Below, piece by piece: positions 37,979 through 53,306 of a stretch of DNA of 64,000 nt (position 1 is the first letter of the stretch; the number at the start of each line of letters is the position of its first letter). The translations under genes and the position numbers were made by a program. Origin of the DNA: Escherichia coli (GTDB taxonomy: Bacteria; Pseudomonadota; Gammaproteobacteria; Enterobacterales; Enterobacteriaceae); NCBI RefSeq assembly GCF_003334765.1, contig NZ_QOWT01000003.1; one strand, written 5' to 3'. The notes beneath the pieces are model-generated. The model had not been told where the DNA came from. It ran no database searches and worked only from the letters and a program-made list of their open reading frames with translations.

Positions 37979-39319
37979 ATGGCGACACAATCCAGTCCTG
38001 TTATTACTGATATGAAAGTCATTCCGGTGGCCGGGCATGACAGCATGTTGCTTAATATTGGTGGGGCACATAACGCATATTTCACCCGCAATATTGTGGT
38101 ACTCACCGATAACGCCGGGCATACCGGCATTGGTGAAGCGCCGGGCGGAGATGTGATTTATCAGACGCTTGTCGATGCTATTCCGATGGTTCTGGGCCAG
38201 GAAGTTGCGCGACTGAATAAAGTGGTCCAGCAGGTGCATAAAGGTAATCAGGCCGCCGATTTTGATACCTTCGGTAAAGGTGCCTGGACCTTTGAATTAC
38301 GCGTTAACGCCGTGGCGGCGCTGGAAGCCGCTTTGCTTGACCTGCTAGGTAAGGCGCTGAATGTTCCGGTCTGCGAACTGTTAGGGCCAGGCAAGCAACG
38401 CGAGGCTATTACCGTCCTCGGTTATCTGTTTTATATCGGTGATCGGACCAAAACCGATCTTCCTTATGTGGAAAATACGCCGGGCAACCATGAGTGGTAT
38501 CAGTTGCGGCATCAGAAAGCAATGAACAGCGAAGCCGTTGTGCGTCTGGCGGAAGCCTCACAGGATCGCTACGGCTTTAAAGATTTCAAACTTAAGGGCG
38601 GCGTGTTACCTGGCGAGCAAGAAATCGACACTGTTCGTGCATTGAAGAAACGCTTCCCGGATGCGCGGATTACCGTTGATCCCAACGGTGCATGGCTGCT
38701 TGATGAAGCCATTTCTTTATGCAAAGGGCTGAATGATGTTCTTACCTATGCCGAAGATCCATGCGGCGCAGAACAGGGCTTCTCCGGACGTGAAGTGATG
38801 GCGGAATTTCGACGGGCGACCGGCTTGCCCGTCGCGACTAACATGATCGCCACCAACTGGCGCGAAATGGGTCATGCGGTGATGCTCAATGCGGTAGATA
38901 TTCCACTTGCCGATCCGCACTTCTGGACGCTTTCCGGTGCAGTCCGTGTGGCGCAGCTTTGCGACGACTGGGGGCTGACCTGGGGCTGCCATTCTAATAA
39001 CCATTTCGATATCTCTCTGGCGATGTTTACCCATGTGGGCGCGGCGGCACCGGGTAATCCTACCGCTATCGATACCCACTGGATTTGGCAGGAGGGCGAT
39101 TGTCGCCTGACCCAAAATCCGCTGGAGATTAAAAACGGAAAAATTGCCGTTCCTGATGCGCCCGGTCTGGGCGTGGAACTGGACTGGGAACAGGTACAAA
39201 AGGCACATGAGGCCTATAAACGTCTGCCTGGCGGTGCGCGTAACGACGCAGGTCCGATGCAGTACCTGATCCCCGGCTGGACCTTTGACCGTAAACGTCC
39301 CGTTTTCGGCCGTCATTGA
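37979..39319 (+). CDS. gudX: Glucarate dehydratase-related protein (enolase superfamily)
   Basis: ORF track starts at 37964; the recognised start [14 protein letters not shown] is ATG 37979, giving 446 aa; paralogous to the next gene. Confidence 0.9.
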   Translation: MATQSSPVITDMKVIPVAGHDSMLLNIGGAHNAYFTRNIVVLTDNAGHTGIGEAPGGDVIYQTLVDAIPMVLGQEVARLNKVVQQVHKGNQAADFDTFGKGAWTFELRVNAVAALEAALLDLLGKALNVPVCELLGPGKQREAITVLGYLFYIGDRTKTDLPYVENTPGNHEWYQLRHQKAMNSEAVVRLAEASQDRYGFKDFKLKGGVLPGEQEIDTVRALKKRFPDARITVDPNGAWLLDEAISLCKGLNDVLTYAEDPCGAEQGFSGREVMAEFRRATGLPVATNMIATNWREMGHAVMLNAVDIPLADPHFWTLSGAVRVAQLCDDWGLTWGCHSNNHFDISLAMFTHVGAAAPGNPTAIDTHWIWQEGDCRLTQNPLEIKNGKIAVPDAPGLGVELDWEQVQKAHEAYKRLPGGARNDAGPMQYLIPGWTFDRKRPVFGRH

Positions 39320-39339
39320 TTCTGAAAAAGGACATAAAT

Positions 39340-40680
39340 ATGAGTTCTCAATTTACGACGCCTGTTGTTACTGAAATGCAGGTTATCCCGGTGGCGGGTC
39401 ATGACAGTATGCTGATGAATCTGAGTGGTGCACACGCACCGTTCTTTACGCGTAATATTGTGATTATCAAAGATAATTCTGGTCACACTGGCGTAGGGGA
39501 AATTCCCGGCGGCGAGAAAATCCGTAAAACGCTGGAAGATGCGATTCCGCTGGTGGTAGGTAAAACGCTGGGTGAATACAAAAACGTTCTGACGCTGGTG
39601 CGTAATACTTTTGCCGATCGTGATGCTGGTGGGCGCGGTTTGCAGACATTTGACCTACGTACCACTATTCATGTAGTTACCGGGATAGAAGCGGCAATGC
39701 TGGATCTGCTGGGGCAGCATCTGGGGGTAAACGTGGCATCGCTGCTGGGCGATGGTCAACAGCGTAGCGAAGTCGAAATGCTCGGTTATCTGTTCTTCGT
39801 CGGTAATCGCAAAGCCACGCCGCTGCCGTATCAAAGCCAGCCGGATGACTCATGCGACTGGTATCGCCTGCGTCATGAAGAAGCGATGACGCCGGATGCG
39901 GTGGTGCGCCTGGCGGAAGCGGCATATGAAAAATATGGCTTCAACGATTTCAAACTGAAGGGCGGTGTACTGGCCGGGGAAGAAGAGGCCGAGTCTATTG
40001 TGGCACTGGCGCAACGCTTCCCGCAGGCGCGTATTACGCTCGATCCTAACGGTGCCTGGTCGCTGAACGAAGCGATTAAAATCGGTAAATACCTGAAAGG
40101 TTCGCTGGCTTATGCAGAAGATCCGTGTGGTGCGGAGCAAGGTTTCTCCGGGCGTGAAGTGATGGCAGAGTTCCGTCGCGCGACAGGTCTACCGACTGCA
40201 ACCAATATGATCGCCACCGACTGGCGGCAAATGGGCCATACGCTCTCCCTGCAATCCGTTGATATCCCGCTGGCGGATCCGCATTTCTGGACAATGCAAG
40301 GTTCGGTACGTGTGGCGCAAATGTGCCATGAATTTGGCCTGACCTGGGGTTCACACTCTAACAACCACTTCGATATTTCCCTGGCGATGTTTACCCATGT
40401 TGCCGCCGCTGCACCGGGTAAAATTACTGCTATTGATACGCACTGGATTTGGCAGGAAGGCAATCAGCGCCTGACCAAAGAACCGTTTGAGATCAAAGGC
40501 GGGCTGGTACAGGTGCCAGAAAAACCGGGGCTGGGTGTAGAAATCGATATGGATCAAGTGATGAAAGCCCATGAGCTGTATCAGAAACACGGGCTTGGCG
40601 CGCGTGACGATGCGATGGGAATGCAGTATCTGATTCCTGGCTGGACGTTCGATAACAAGCGCCCGTGCATGGTGCGTTAA
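39340..40680 (+). CDS. gudD: D-glucarate dehydratase (enolase superfamily)
   Basis: ORF track starts at 39316; the recognised start [15 protein letters not shown] is ATG 39340, giving 446 aa; followed by hairpin AAACCGGCTC...GAGCCGGTTT. Confidence 0.93.
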   Translation: MSSQFTTPVVTEMQVIPVAGHDSMLMNLSGAHAPFFTRNIVIIKDNSGHTGVGEIPGGEKIRKTLEDAIPLVVGKTLGEYKNVLTLVRNTFADRDAGGRGLQTFDLRTTIHVVTGIEAAMLDLLGQHLGVNVASLLGDGQQRSEVEMLGYLFFVGNRKATPLPYQSQPDDSCDWYRLRHEEAMTPDAVVRLAEAAYEKYGFNDFKLKGGVLAGEEEAESIVALAQRFPQARITLDPNGAWSLNEAIKIGKYLKGSLAYAEDPCGAEQGFSGREVMAEFRRATGLPTATNMIATDWRQMGHTLSLQSVDIPLADPHFWTMQGSVRVAQMCHEFGLTWGSHSNNHFDISLAMFTHVAAAAPGKITAIDTHWIWQEGNQRLTKEPFEIKGGLVQVPEKPGLGVEIDMDQVMKAHELYQKHGLGARDDAMGMQYLIPGWTFDNKRPCMVR

Positions 40681-40803
40681 GACAGAAAACCAAAACCGGC
40701 TCTATCTGGAGCCGGTTTGAGACTGATGCTAAACGCAAAATAGCCTGTTGTGCTATGTATCAGGTCTACATCATTTTTTAATTCATTGAATTTAATTGGT
40801 TTT

Positions 40804-40839
40804 GTAGGCCGGATAAGGCGTTAACGCCGCATCCGGCAT
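40804..40839. repeat. REP palindrome
   Basis: GTAGGCCGGATAAGGCGTTAACGCCGCATCCGGCAT seen in sequence. Confidence 0.8.
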
Positions 40840-40911
40840 AAACACAGGCACTTTGTCACCAATCTGAAACCAGCGTCATAAAAAGCCGATTGCTACTCGA
40901 CAAGACATCCA

Positions 40912-43668
40912 TTACCCGAGAATTTTGCTGGCTTCGCGCGCGACATTATCCATCTCGTCCAACAGTTCCAGCAGCTCCGGTTCCAAATCTTCTTCTTTAG
41001 TACCGCTACGTAGCTGTTGTTCGATCAGTTGGCAGAGATTCTTCATACGTGGCACACCGCTATAGCCGCAACTGCCATGCAGTTTATGAATCAAATCAAC
41101 CAGGCCTTCCGGGTTTTCTCCAACCAGCTGTTCCTCAACTTTGTTGCGAACTTCAGGCAGGAAATCGAGTAACATTTGCAGCATATCGCGCGCTAAATCG
41201 GTTTTTCCTGCTGCCTGGCGTAGTGCCAGTTGCCAGTCGAGGGTCGCATTCGGGTTCACCACAATTTCGTTGACTTCGGGCGTCACGACGCGAGAGGAAA
41301 TACCGCTGCCAGGCTTGTAGCGCAACAACAAATTATGCAATCGCTCTTCTTCAATCGGTTTCGCCAGATAATCGCTCATCCCTGCGCCAAGCAGCTTCTC
41401 TTTTTGCCCGGCCATTGCATGCGCCGTTACCGCGATAACCGGCGTTTGTTGCTGATGCGGGAGTTGGTGGATGAGTTCGCAGGCCCGAATGCCATCCATG
41501 TCCGGCATTTGAATATCCATTAAGATCAAATCGAACGGCATCTGTTTCGCCCGTTCAACCGCCTGATGCCCGCTATCGCAAAGTTCCACATGTTGCACCA
41601 TATCTTCCAGCAATGCGCCGATAAGTTTCAGGTTAGCGGGGTTGTCATCAACCGCCATGACTGTCATTGCCAGCTTACTTTCATCGGTTACAGGCAAAAG
41701 CGTGTTTTGTTTGTGATGACAAAATTCCGTCAGGGCAGGCAACAGGCGTGTAGGTGTTAATGGTTTCAGCAGACACGCGCCGATACCATCTTGCTTGAGT
41801 TTTTCAGCATTGACTTGTGCATGGCAAGGAAGTGCCAGCATCAGGAAATCGGTCATCGATACCGCTTTCGCTAATCGCTCATGTTGCATTGTTAGCGGCT
41901 CGCGGAAGGTCACCGCGATGCCTAACAACATCATGTCGTAATGCGCGGGAGGCAGCGCGGAGAACGTTGGGCTATAAACCACTTCCAGCGGCGTTTCACT
42001 TAAAATATCCAGCGTGCATTGCGCTGCTGCGGAGTTTGGTTCGACATAGGCCAGGCGCTTACCTGCGAGGCACTGGGTGGATGGCCCTTCGATAATAATG
42101 TTCGGGTTCAGATCGAGATTAATGTGGAACCAGAAAGTTGAACCGCGATTCGGCTGGCTATGGAACGAAATATCGCCGCCCATTTCATTAACCAGTTTTT
42201 GTGTAATCACCAGCCCCAGCCCGGTGCCACCATGACGGCGGGAAATACTGGCATCAGCCTGTCGGAAGGCCTGGAATAAGCGCGATTGATCGCGTTCAGG
42301 AATACCAATGCCGGTATCCCGAATCTGCACTTCAATCTGCACTTTGGTATTACTCAGCGCACGTTTTTCTACCAGAATATCAATGTTGCCATTCTCGGTG
42401 AATTTAATTGCATTCCCCACCAGGTTAGTGATGATTTGCTGTAATCGCAGCGGGTCGCCGATCACGTTATCAGGCACGTCGCTTTTAATATTGAGCGTCA
42501 GTTCTAACCCTTTATCGTGAGAAGAATGTGCCAGCAGAGTAACGACTTCATCCAGCGTGCTGCGTAGTGGGAATGGAATACTTTCCAGAATCAGCTTACC
42601 TGCTTCCAGTTTCGAGAAGTCGAGAACATCATTAATAATTGCCAGCAAATTATTTGCCGAACGTTCAATCGTATTCAGGTGATCGCGCTGCGTTGGTGTT
42701 AATTCTGTTTTCAGCGTCAGGCGGGTAAAGCCAATAACACCATTCAGTGGTGTACGCAGCTCGTGTGACATATTTGCCAGAAACTCGGATTTAATACGCG
42801 CCGCTTCCTGGGCGCGCTTTTTCGCCAGATCTAACTCAACGTTCTGAATTTCCATCTGCTCCAGCGTTTCACGCAGATCGGACGTCGCCTGGTCGATATT
42901 GTGCTGCATCTCTTCGTGATAAGCAGCCAGCGACATTGCCATCGAGTTGATACCGTTTTTCAGCATATCCAGCTCGCCGAGCATAAATCCTTCCACCCGG
43001 CTGTCGAGTTGCCCGCGACGGATGCGGTCGACGGTATTCACCATGTTGCGAATCGGACCGGTTACATCGCGCATTAAGCGCCAGCCAAAAATAAGCGCAA
43101 TACCGATACAAAACAGCATCATCACGCTGGAAATAAAGATCTCTTTATATTGCTGCAAGCGAACCGATTTAAGATCCAGCTCCAGCGCAATATATCCCAA
43201 CATATTTTGACTATTTTTGGCATCGCTACTGGGCGATTCGTCGGGGGAGTAACTCTCAGAAATAATCGGCGTGCGGAGGATCATAATATCGCCGTCACGA
43301 GTGACAGTGAGCTGGCGAGGAAACGGCACGTTGCTGCCGAGCTGCATTGATGAGGGATCAAGATGAAAATTGGAGGTGACAAAGAGTCGGTTATTTTCAT
43401 CATAAACCGAAATCGCGCGAACAATATCGGAATGGCGACGATGCAGTACGCTTATTAACTGACCGATAGATTCGCGATTTTGCAGGCTCATGCCATATTC
43501 AGTAGAAACTGCAAGCGGCTCAATAATGCTGGCACCGGCATCTTCCAGTTGACGCTGCAAGTCGTTATAGCGATGCACGACGAAAAAGATACTCAGCAAT
43601 AAACCAATAAGGACGGTCGGTGCCAGGATCAGAATCATCATGCGTGCGCGCAGGCTGTAGTTGGTCAT
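40912..43668 (-). CDS. barA: Hybrid sensor histidine kinase BarA (tripartite HK-REC-HPt)
   Basis: 918-aa ORF with HAMP, H-box SHELRTPLN, receiver domain and C-terminal HPt; recognised as BarA. Confidence 0.95.
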
Positions 43669-43724
43669 GGAGTTCCGTTATGGGACAATTAAGGTCACAC
43701 TGTTAAATTGAGAAAGTCTCGCCA

Positions 43725-45026
43725 ATGGCGCAATTCTACTCTGCAAAACGACGCACGACGACGCGTCAGATCATAACCGTTTCAGTCAACGACCTCGACT
43801 CTTTTGGTCAGGGCGTGGCGCGACATAACGGCAAAACGCTATTTATCCCCGGATTATTGCCGCAGGAAAACGCGGAAGTTACTGTTACTGAAGATAAAAA
43901 ACAGTATGCCCGCGCTAAAGTCGTACGCCGGTTAAGCGATAGCCCGGAACGCGAAACGCCACGCTGTCCTCATTTTGGCGTATGCGGTGGCTGTCAGCAA
44001 CAACACGCCAGCGTGGATTTACAGCAGCGAAGCAAAAGTGCGGCACTCGCCCGATTAATGAAACACGATGTCTCTGAAGTGATCGCCGATGTTCCCTGGG
44101 GCTATCGCCGTCGCGCGCGTTTAAGTCTGAACTACTTACCGAAAACACAGCAACTTCAGATGGGGTTTCGCAAAGCGGGCTCCAGTGACATTGTCGACGT
44201 CAAACAATGCCCCATTTTAGCGCCCCAACTTGAAGCATTGCTGCCCAAAGTCAGGGCATGTCTGGGCAGCTTACAAGCTATGCGCCATCTTGGTCATGTT
44301 GAACTGGTACAGGCAACCAGCGGCACGCTGATGATTTTGCGCCATACCGCACCGCTAAGTTCGGCAGATCGCGAAAAACTGGAACGCTTTTCGCATTCTG
44401 AAGGCCTGGATCTGTATCTCGCCCCCGATAGTGAGATACTCGAAACCGTCTCTGGTGAGATGCCCTGGTATGACTCAAACGGGTTGCGCTTAACTTTTAG
44501 CCCGCGCGATTTTATTCAGGTCAATGCGGGTGTGAACCAAAAAATGGTAGCGCGTGCGTTGGAATGGCTGGATGTGCAACCTGAAGATCGCGTACTGGAT
44601 CTGTTCTGCGGTATGGGCAACTTTACACTGCCATTGGCGACACAAGCTGCCAGTGTGGTCGGTGTAGAAGGTGTTCCGGCGCTGGTGGAAAAAGGCCAGC
44701 AGAATGCGCGTCTTAATGGCTTACAGAATGTGACGTTTTATCACGAAAATCTTGAAGAAGATGTCACAAAGCAGCCGTGGGCGAAAAACGGCTTCGATAA
44801 AGTGTTGCTGGACCCGGCGCGAGCAGGTGCCGCAGGTGTTATGCAGCAAATTATAAAACTGGAACCTATTCGTATAGTTTATGTATCCTGTAACCCTGCA
44901 ACGCTGGCTCGGGATAGCGAAGCGTTATTAAAAGCAGGATATACCATTGCGCGACTGGCGATGCTGGATATGTTCCCACACACGGGACATCTGGAATCGA
45001 TGGTACTTTTCTCGCGCGTTAAATAG
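43725..45026 (+). CDS. rlmD: 23S rRNA m5U1939 methyltransferase (RumA)
   Basis: 433-aa ORF with Cys cluster [11 protein letters not shown] and SAM-MTase fold; recognised as RlmD. Confidence 0.92.
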
Positions 45027-45073
45027 TTGCGATTTGCCGATTTCGGCAGGTCTGGTCCCTAAAGGAGAGGACG

Positions 45074-47308
45074 ATGGTTGCGGTAAGAAGTGCACATATC
45101 AATAAGGCTGGTGAATTTGATCCGGAAAAATGGATCGCAAGTCTGGGTATTACCAGCCAGAAGTCGTGTGAGTGCTTAGCCGAAACCTGGGCGTATTGTC
45201 TGCAACAGACGCAGGGGCATCCGGATGCCAGTCTGTTATTGTGGCGTGGTGTTGAGATGGTGGAGATCCTCTCGACATTAAGTATGGACATTGACACGCT
45301 GCGGGCGGCGCTGCTTTTCCCTCTGGCGGATGCCAACGTAGTCAGCGAAGATGTGCTGCGTGAGAGCGTCGGTAAGTCGGTCGTTAACCTTATTCACGGC
45401 GTGCGTGATATGGCGGCGATCCGCCAGCTGAAAGCGACGCACACTGATTCTGTTTCCTCCGAACAGGTCGATAACGTTCGCCGGATGTTATTGGCGATGG
45501 TCGATGATTTTCGCTGCGTAGTCATCAAACTGGCGGAGCGTATTGCTCATCTGCGCGAAGTAAAAGATGCGCCGGAAGATGAACGTGTACTGGCGGCAAA
45601 AGAGTGTACCAACATCTACGCACCGCTGGCTAACCGTCTCGGAATCGGACAACTGAAATGGGAACTGGAAGATTACTGCTTCCGTTACCTCCATCCAACC
45701 GAATACAAACGAATTGCCAAACTGCTGCATGAACGGCGTCTCGACCGCGAACACTACATCGAAGAGTTCGTTGGTCATCTGCGCGCTGAGATGAAAGCTG
45801 AAGGCGTTAAAGCGGAAGTGTATGGTCGTCCGAAACACATCTACAGCATCTGGCGTAAAATGCAGAAAAAGAACCTCGCCTTTGATGAGCTGTTTGATGT
45901 GCGTGCGGTACGTATTGTCGCCGAGCGTTTACAGGATTGCTATGCCGCACTGGGGATAGTGCACACTCACTATCGCCACCTGCCGGATGAGTTTGACGAT
46001 TACGTCGCTAACCCGAAACCAAACGGTTATCAGTCTATTCATACCGTGGTTCTGGGGCCGGGTGGAAAAACCGTTGAGATCCAAATCCGCACCAAACAGA
46101 TGCATGAAGATGCAGAGTTGGGTGTTGCTGCGCACTGGAAATATAAAGAGGGCGCGGCTGCTGGCGGCGCACGTTCGGGACATGAAGACCGGATTGCCTG
46201 GCTGCGTAAACTGATTGCGTGGCAGGAAGAGATGGCTGATTCCGGCGAAATGCTCGACGAAGTACGTAGTCAGGTCTTTGACGACCGGGTGTACGTCTTT
46301 ACGCCGAAAGGTGATGTCGTTGATTTGCCTGCGGGATCAACGCCGCTGGACTTCGCTTACCACATCCACAGTGATGTCGGACACCGCTGCATCGGGGCAA
46401 AAATTGGCGGGCGCATTGTGCCGTTCACCTACCAGCTGCAGATGGGCGACCAGATTGAAATTATCACCCAGAAACAGCCGAACCCCAGCCGTGACTGGTT
46501 AAACCCAAACCTCGGTTACGTCACAACCAGCCGTGGGCGTTCGAAAATTCACGCCTGGTTCCGTAAACAGGACCGTGACAAAAACATTCTGGCTGGGCGG
46601 CAAATCCTTGACGACGAGCTGGAACATCTGGGGATCAGCCTGAAAGAAGCAGAAAAACATCTGCTGCCGCGTTACAACTTCAATGATGTCGACGAGTTGC
46701 TGGCGGCGATTGGTGGCGGGGATATCCGTCTCAATCAGATGGTGAACTTCCTGCAATCGCAATTTAATAAGCCGAGTGCCGAAGAGCAGGACGCCGCCGC
46801 GCTGAAGCAACTTCAGCAAAAAAGCTACACGCCGCAAAACCGCAGTAAAGATAACGGTCGCGTGGTAGTCGAAGGTGTTGGCAACCTGATGCACCACATC
46901 GCGCGCTGCTGCCAGCCGATTCCTGGAGATGAGATTGTCGGCTTCATTACCCAGGGGCGCGGTATTTCAGTACACCGCGCCGATTGCGAACAACTGGCGG
47001 AACTGCGCTCCCATGCGCCAGAACGCATTGTTGACGCGGTATGGGGTGAGAGCTACTCCGCCGGATATTCGCTGGTGGTCCGCGTGGTAGCTAATGATCG
47101 TAGTGGGTTGTTACGTGATATCACGACCATTCTCGCCAACGAGAAGGTGAACGTGCTTGGCGTTGCCAGCCGTAGCGACACCAAACAGCAACTGGCGACC
47201 ATCGACATGACCATTGAGATTTACAACCTGCAAGTGCTGGGGCGCGTGCTGGGTAAACTCAACCAGGTGCCGGATGTTATCGACGCGCGTCGGTTGCACG
47301 GGAGTTAG
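45074..47308 (+). CDS. relA: GTP pyrophosphokinase, (p)ppGpp synthetase I
   Basis: 744-aa ORF recognised as RelA. Confidence 0.95.
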   Translation: MVAVRSAHINKAGEFDPEKWIASLGITSQKSCECLAETWAYCLQQTQGHPDASLLLWRGVEMVEILSTLSMDIDTLRAALLFPLADANVVSEDVLRESVGKSVVNLIHGVRDMAAIRQLKATHTDSVSSEQVDNVRRMLLAMVDDFRCVVIKLAERIAHLREVKDAPEDERVLAAKECTNIYAPLANRLGIGQLKWELEDYCFRYLHPTEYKRIAKLLHERRLDREHYIEEFVGHLRAEMKAEGVKAEVYGRPKHIYSIWRKMQKKNLAFDELFDVRAVRIVAERLQDCYAALGIVHTHYRHLPDEFDDYVANPKPNGYQSIHTVVLGPGGKTVEIQIRTKQMHEDAELGVAAHWKYKEGAAAGGARSGHEDRIAWLRKLIAWQEEMADSGEMLDEVRSQVFDDRVYVFTPKGDVVDLPAGSTPLDFAYHIHSDVGHRCIGAKIGGRIVPFTYQLQMGDQIEIITQKQPNPSRDWLNPNLGYVTTSRGRSKIHAWFRKQDRDKNILAGRQILDDELEHLGISLKEAEKHLLPRYNFNDVDELLAAIGGGDIRLNQMVNFLQSQFNKPSAEEQDAAALKQLQQKSYTPQNRSKDNGRVVVEGVGNLMHHIARCCQPIPGDEIVGFITQGRGISVHRADCEQLAELRSHAPERIVDAVWGESYSAGYSLVVRVVANDRSGLLRDITTILANEKVNVLGVASRSDTKQQLATIDMTIEIYNLQVLGRVLGKLNQVPDVIDARRLHGS

Positions 47309-47324
47309 GCCGAAATTTGCTCGT

Positions 47325-47367
47325 ATCTACAATGTAGATTGATATATACTGTATCTACATATGATAG
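47325..47367. promoter_or_regulatory. mazEF promoter region with alternating palindrome (MazE/MazF autoregulation site)
   Basis: ATCTACAATGTAGAT and GTATCTACATATGATAG palindromic elements seen immediately upstream of mazE. Confidence 0.7.
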
Positions 47368-47385
47368 CGGTTTGAGGAAAGGGTT

Positions 47386-47634
47386 ATGATCCACAGTAGC
47401 GTAAAGCGTTGGGGAAATTCACCGGCGGTGCGGATCCCGGCTACGTTAATGCAGGCGCTCAATCTGAATATTGATGATGAAGTGAAGATTGACCTGGTGG
47501 ATGGCAAATTAATTATTGAGCCAGTGCGTAAAGAGCCCGTATTTACGCTTGCTGAACTGGTCAACGACATCACGCCGGAAAACCTCCACGAGAATATCGA
47601 CTGGGGAGAGCCGAAAGATAAGGAAGTCTGGTAA
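47386..47634 (+). CDS. mazE: Antitoxin MazE
   Basis: 82-aa ORF (AbrB/SpoVT fold) recognised as MazE; stop overlaps mazF start. Confidence 0.93.
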
Positions 47635-47969
47635 TGGTAAGCCGATACGTACCCGATATGGGCGATCTGATTTGGGTTGATTTTGACCCGACAAAAGGTA
47701 GCGAGCAAGCTGGACATCGTCCAGCTGTTGTCCTGAGTCCTTTCATGTACAACAACAAAACAGGTATGTGTCTGTGTGTTCCTTGTACAACGCAATCAAA
47801 AGGATATCCGTTCGAAGTTGTTTTATCCGGTCAGGAACGTGATGGCGTAGCGTTAGCTGATCAGGTAAAAAGTATCGCCTGGCGGGCAAGAGGAGCAACG
47901 AAGAAAGGAACAGTTGCCCCAGAGGAATTACAACTCATTAAAGCCAAAATTAACGTACTGATTGGGTAG
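47634..47969 (+). CDS. mazF: Toxin MazF, ACA-specific mRNA interferase
   Basis: 111-aa ORF recognised as MazF (PemK/CcdB fold). Confidence 0.93.
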   Translation: MVSRYVPDMGDLIWVDFDPTKGSEQAGHRPAVVLSPFMYNNKTGMCLCVPCTTQSKGYPFEVVLSGQERDGVALADQVKSIAWRARGATKKGTVAPEELQLIKAKINVLIG

Positions 47970-48039
47970 TGTTACTAACTCACTTCTATTCTGGTCACAG
48001 GTTTCCACCTGACAGACCCGCAATTTTCAGGACAATTCA

Positions 48040-48831
48040 ATGAATCAAATCGACCGTTTGCTCACTATTATGCAGCGCCTGCGCGATCCGGAAAACGGCT
48101 GCCCGTGGGATAAAGAGCAGACATTTGCCACCATTGCGCCTTACACCCTTGAAGAAACCTACGAAGTGCTGGACGCCATCGCCCGTGAAGATTTTGACGA
48201 TCTTCGCGGTGAACTGGGCGATCTGCTATTCCAGGTGGTGTTTTACGCGCAAATGGCTCAGGAAGAAGGGCGCTTTGACTTTAATGATATTTGCGCTGCT
48301 ATTAGCGATAAATTAGAGCGTCGCCATCCGCATGTTTTTGCTGATAGTTCTGCCGAAAACAGTAGTGAAGTGCTTGCCCGTTGGGAGCAAATCAAAACCG
48401 AAGAGCGCGCGCAGAAAGCGCAGCATTCGGCGCTGGACGATATTCCTCGTAGTTTACCGGCTTTAATGCGTGCGCAAAAAATCCAGAAACGTTGCGCCAA
48501 CGTTGGCTTCGATTGGACGACGCTTGGTCCGGTAGTCGATAAAGTCTACGAAGAGATCGACGAGGTGATGTACGAAGCGCGGCAGGCTGTTGTCGACCAG
48601 GCTAAACTGGAGGAGGAAATGGGGGACCTGCTGTTTGCCACGGTTAATCTGGCTCGCCATTTAGGGACGAAAGCAGAAATCGCATTGCAAAAAGCGAACG
48701 AAAAATTCGAGCGTCGTTTTCGCGAAGTGGAGCGTATTGTTGCCGCGCGTGGACTGGAAATGACAGGTGTTGACCTCGAAACAATGGAAGAAGTCTGGCA
48801 ACAGGTAAAACGGCAGGAAATTGATCTCTAA
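48040..48831 (+). CDS. mazG: Nucleoside triphosphate pyrophosphohydrolase MazG
   Basis: 263-aa ORF with tandem MazG domains; recognised as MazG. Confidence 0.93.
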   Translation: MNQIDRLLTIMQRLRDPENGCPWDKEQTFATIAPYTLEETYEVLDAIAREDFDDLRGELGDLLFQVVFYAQMAQEEGRFDFNDICAAISDKLERRHPHVFADSSAENSSEVLARWEQIKTEERAQKAQHSALDDIPRSLPALMRAQKIQKRCANVGFDWTTLGPVVDKVYEEIDEVMYEARQAVVDQAKLEEEMGDLLFATVNLARHLGTKAEIALQKANEKFERRFREVERIVAARGLEMTGVDLETMEEVWQQVKRQEIDL

Positions 48832-49043
48832 GGGAATTACGCGGTCAAGCGCCATTTGTGTCATTTTTTAAATGACAAGCGCTTGATTTGCGTCAAAAAC
48901 ATTTACCCCAAAGGGGCTATTTTCTCACTCCTGATTTCAATAGTGCGCTGGCGAAGAGGAGGGATAATGAAAGTTTGTGGCACAGGTCATGTTCGGGTAT
49001 ACTGCTTTCCCGTCTTGGTTATTCCATCGTCTTTTCAACCTAA

Positions 49044-50696
<1,653 letters not shown>

Positions 50697-50768
50697 GTAA
50701 AAAAGTTAGAGCGGCAACGCGTACCCTGGGTACGCGTTGTTTGTCTGGAGTTTCAGTTTAACTAGTGA

Positions 50769-52082
<1,314 letters not shown>

Positions 52083-52105
52083 GACTGACTTTATCTGATT
52101 TAAAA

Positions 52106-52132
52106 ATGCCAGCCTCCGGGCTGGCATTTTTT
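52106..52132 (+). terminator. Rho-independent terminator of eno
   Basis: Hairpin GCCAGCC-TCCGG-GCTGGC followed by a T-run. Confidence 0.85.
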
Positions 52133-52141
52133 ATGGTTGAG

Positions 52142-53014
52142 TTACCAGCGGCCGGATGCGCCGCCACCTCCAGAAGAACCGCCCCCGCCGCTAAATCCGC
52201 CGCTATCTGAGCCTCCAGCGGAACCGCTGTTGTCTGAATGATAACTTCTACCAGATGCTCTTTTCTGAAGTACACATAAACAGGTAAAGACCATAAATAT
52301 GGTGAAAGTAAAAAAGAAGGAAAATACAGCAATGGAAAAAATTTTATCGGAGAACAGGAATAAATCTAAAAGATAGATTGCTGAAATACAGACTCCACTT
52401 TTACATGCGCGACAAAAATTACTGCCTTGATGAAAAAACCAGAAAGGGAAGAACATCACTGCAAATACCCAAAAAATAGCAAAGTAATAATGATCACTGG
52501 AAGACGCTGATTCACTTTCTGAAGGATTAGTCGGATATTGGTGTTGTGAAGTGAGTTGGTTATTCAAAGCGTTTATAGCTAGCTCTAATCCCTTAGCTAA
52601 TTTTTGTTGTTTAAATGCGGGTATCATGTTGCTACGGATGATATCTCCAGCCAGAGCATCGGTTACCTTTTCTTCCAGCCCATAACCTACCTGGATGCGG
52701 ACAGTGCGATCCGACCAGGCAACAACGATCAGTATCCCATCATTACGTTTGGCATCTCCTAAACGCCAATTGTCAAAAACTCTTGTAGCATATTGTTCAA
52801 TTGTCTCGTCTTTGGTTGTGGGAACAATTAATACGGCAATTTGCACTTGGGTATTATTGAAAATAGATTCTAACTTGTGCGTCAGTTCTTTCTTTTCTTG
52901 TGAGTTTAAGCTACTCGTAAGATCCGTAACTTGTTGCTGTAATTGTGGGACAATAGTTGGTTGGGCTGCAACAAAGGAACATACGAAAGTGAACATTAGT
53001 ATGAAATAGCGCAT
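52142..53014 (-). CDS. ygcG: TPM-domain membrane protein with Gly/Ser-rich C-terminal tail
   Basis: ORF track 52142..53083; likely start [18 protein letters not shown] (signal peptide; plus-strand CAT 53012-53014) gives 290 aa; TPM/phosphatase-like domain, TM segments, then [16 protein letters not shown] tail; AT-rich codons. Confidence 0.8.
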
Positions 53015-53306
53015 TATAAATTTCTCATTAAATCTGGATAAATAAATTGACGGCGGCATCGGTAATTTTATATTCGTTATCATTAAAAACTAATACAGAA
53101 AAAATAAATATAATTTTGGTGAATGTTTTGACATGATTAAATCCATTTTCTTTATTTTCTTCTGACATAATACGTTACTCCCTTTAATTATTAACGATAT
53201 GTTTCGCATTTTTCTTTAAACCTGCCTGTAACAGAATGTTAATAAGACATGATTGTTGTGGCAGGATCTGCAATAATTAACAATTATCCACTTCACAGAG
53301 AATGCT

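Noticed and set aside
47355-47795. 146-aa ORF antisense to mazE and mazF
   Set aside because: Fully overlapped by the well-supported mazEF operon on the other strand; no independent signal.
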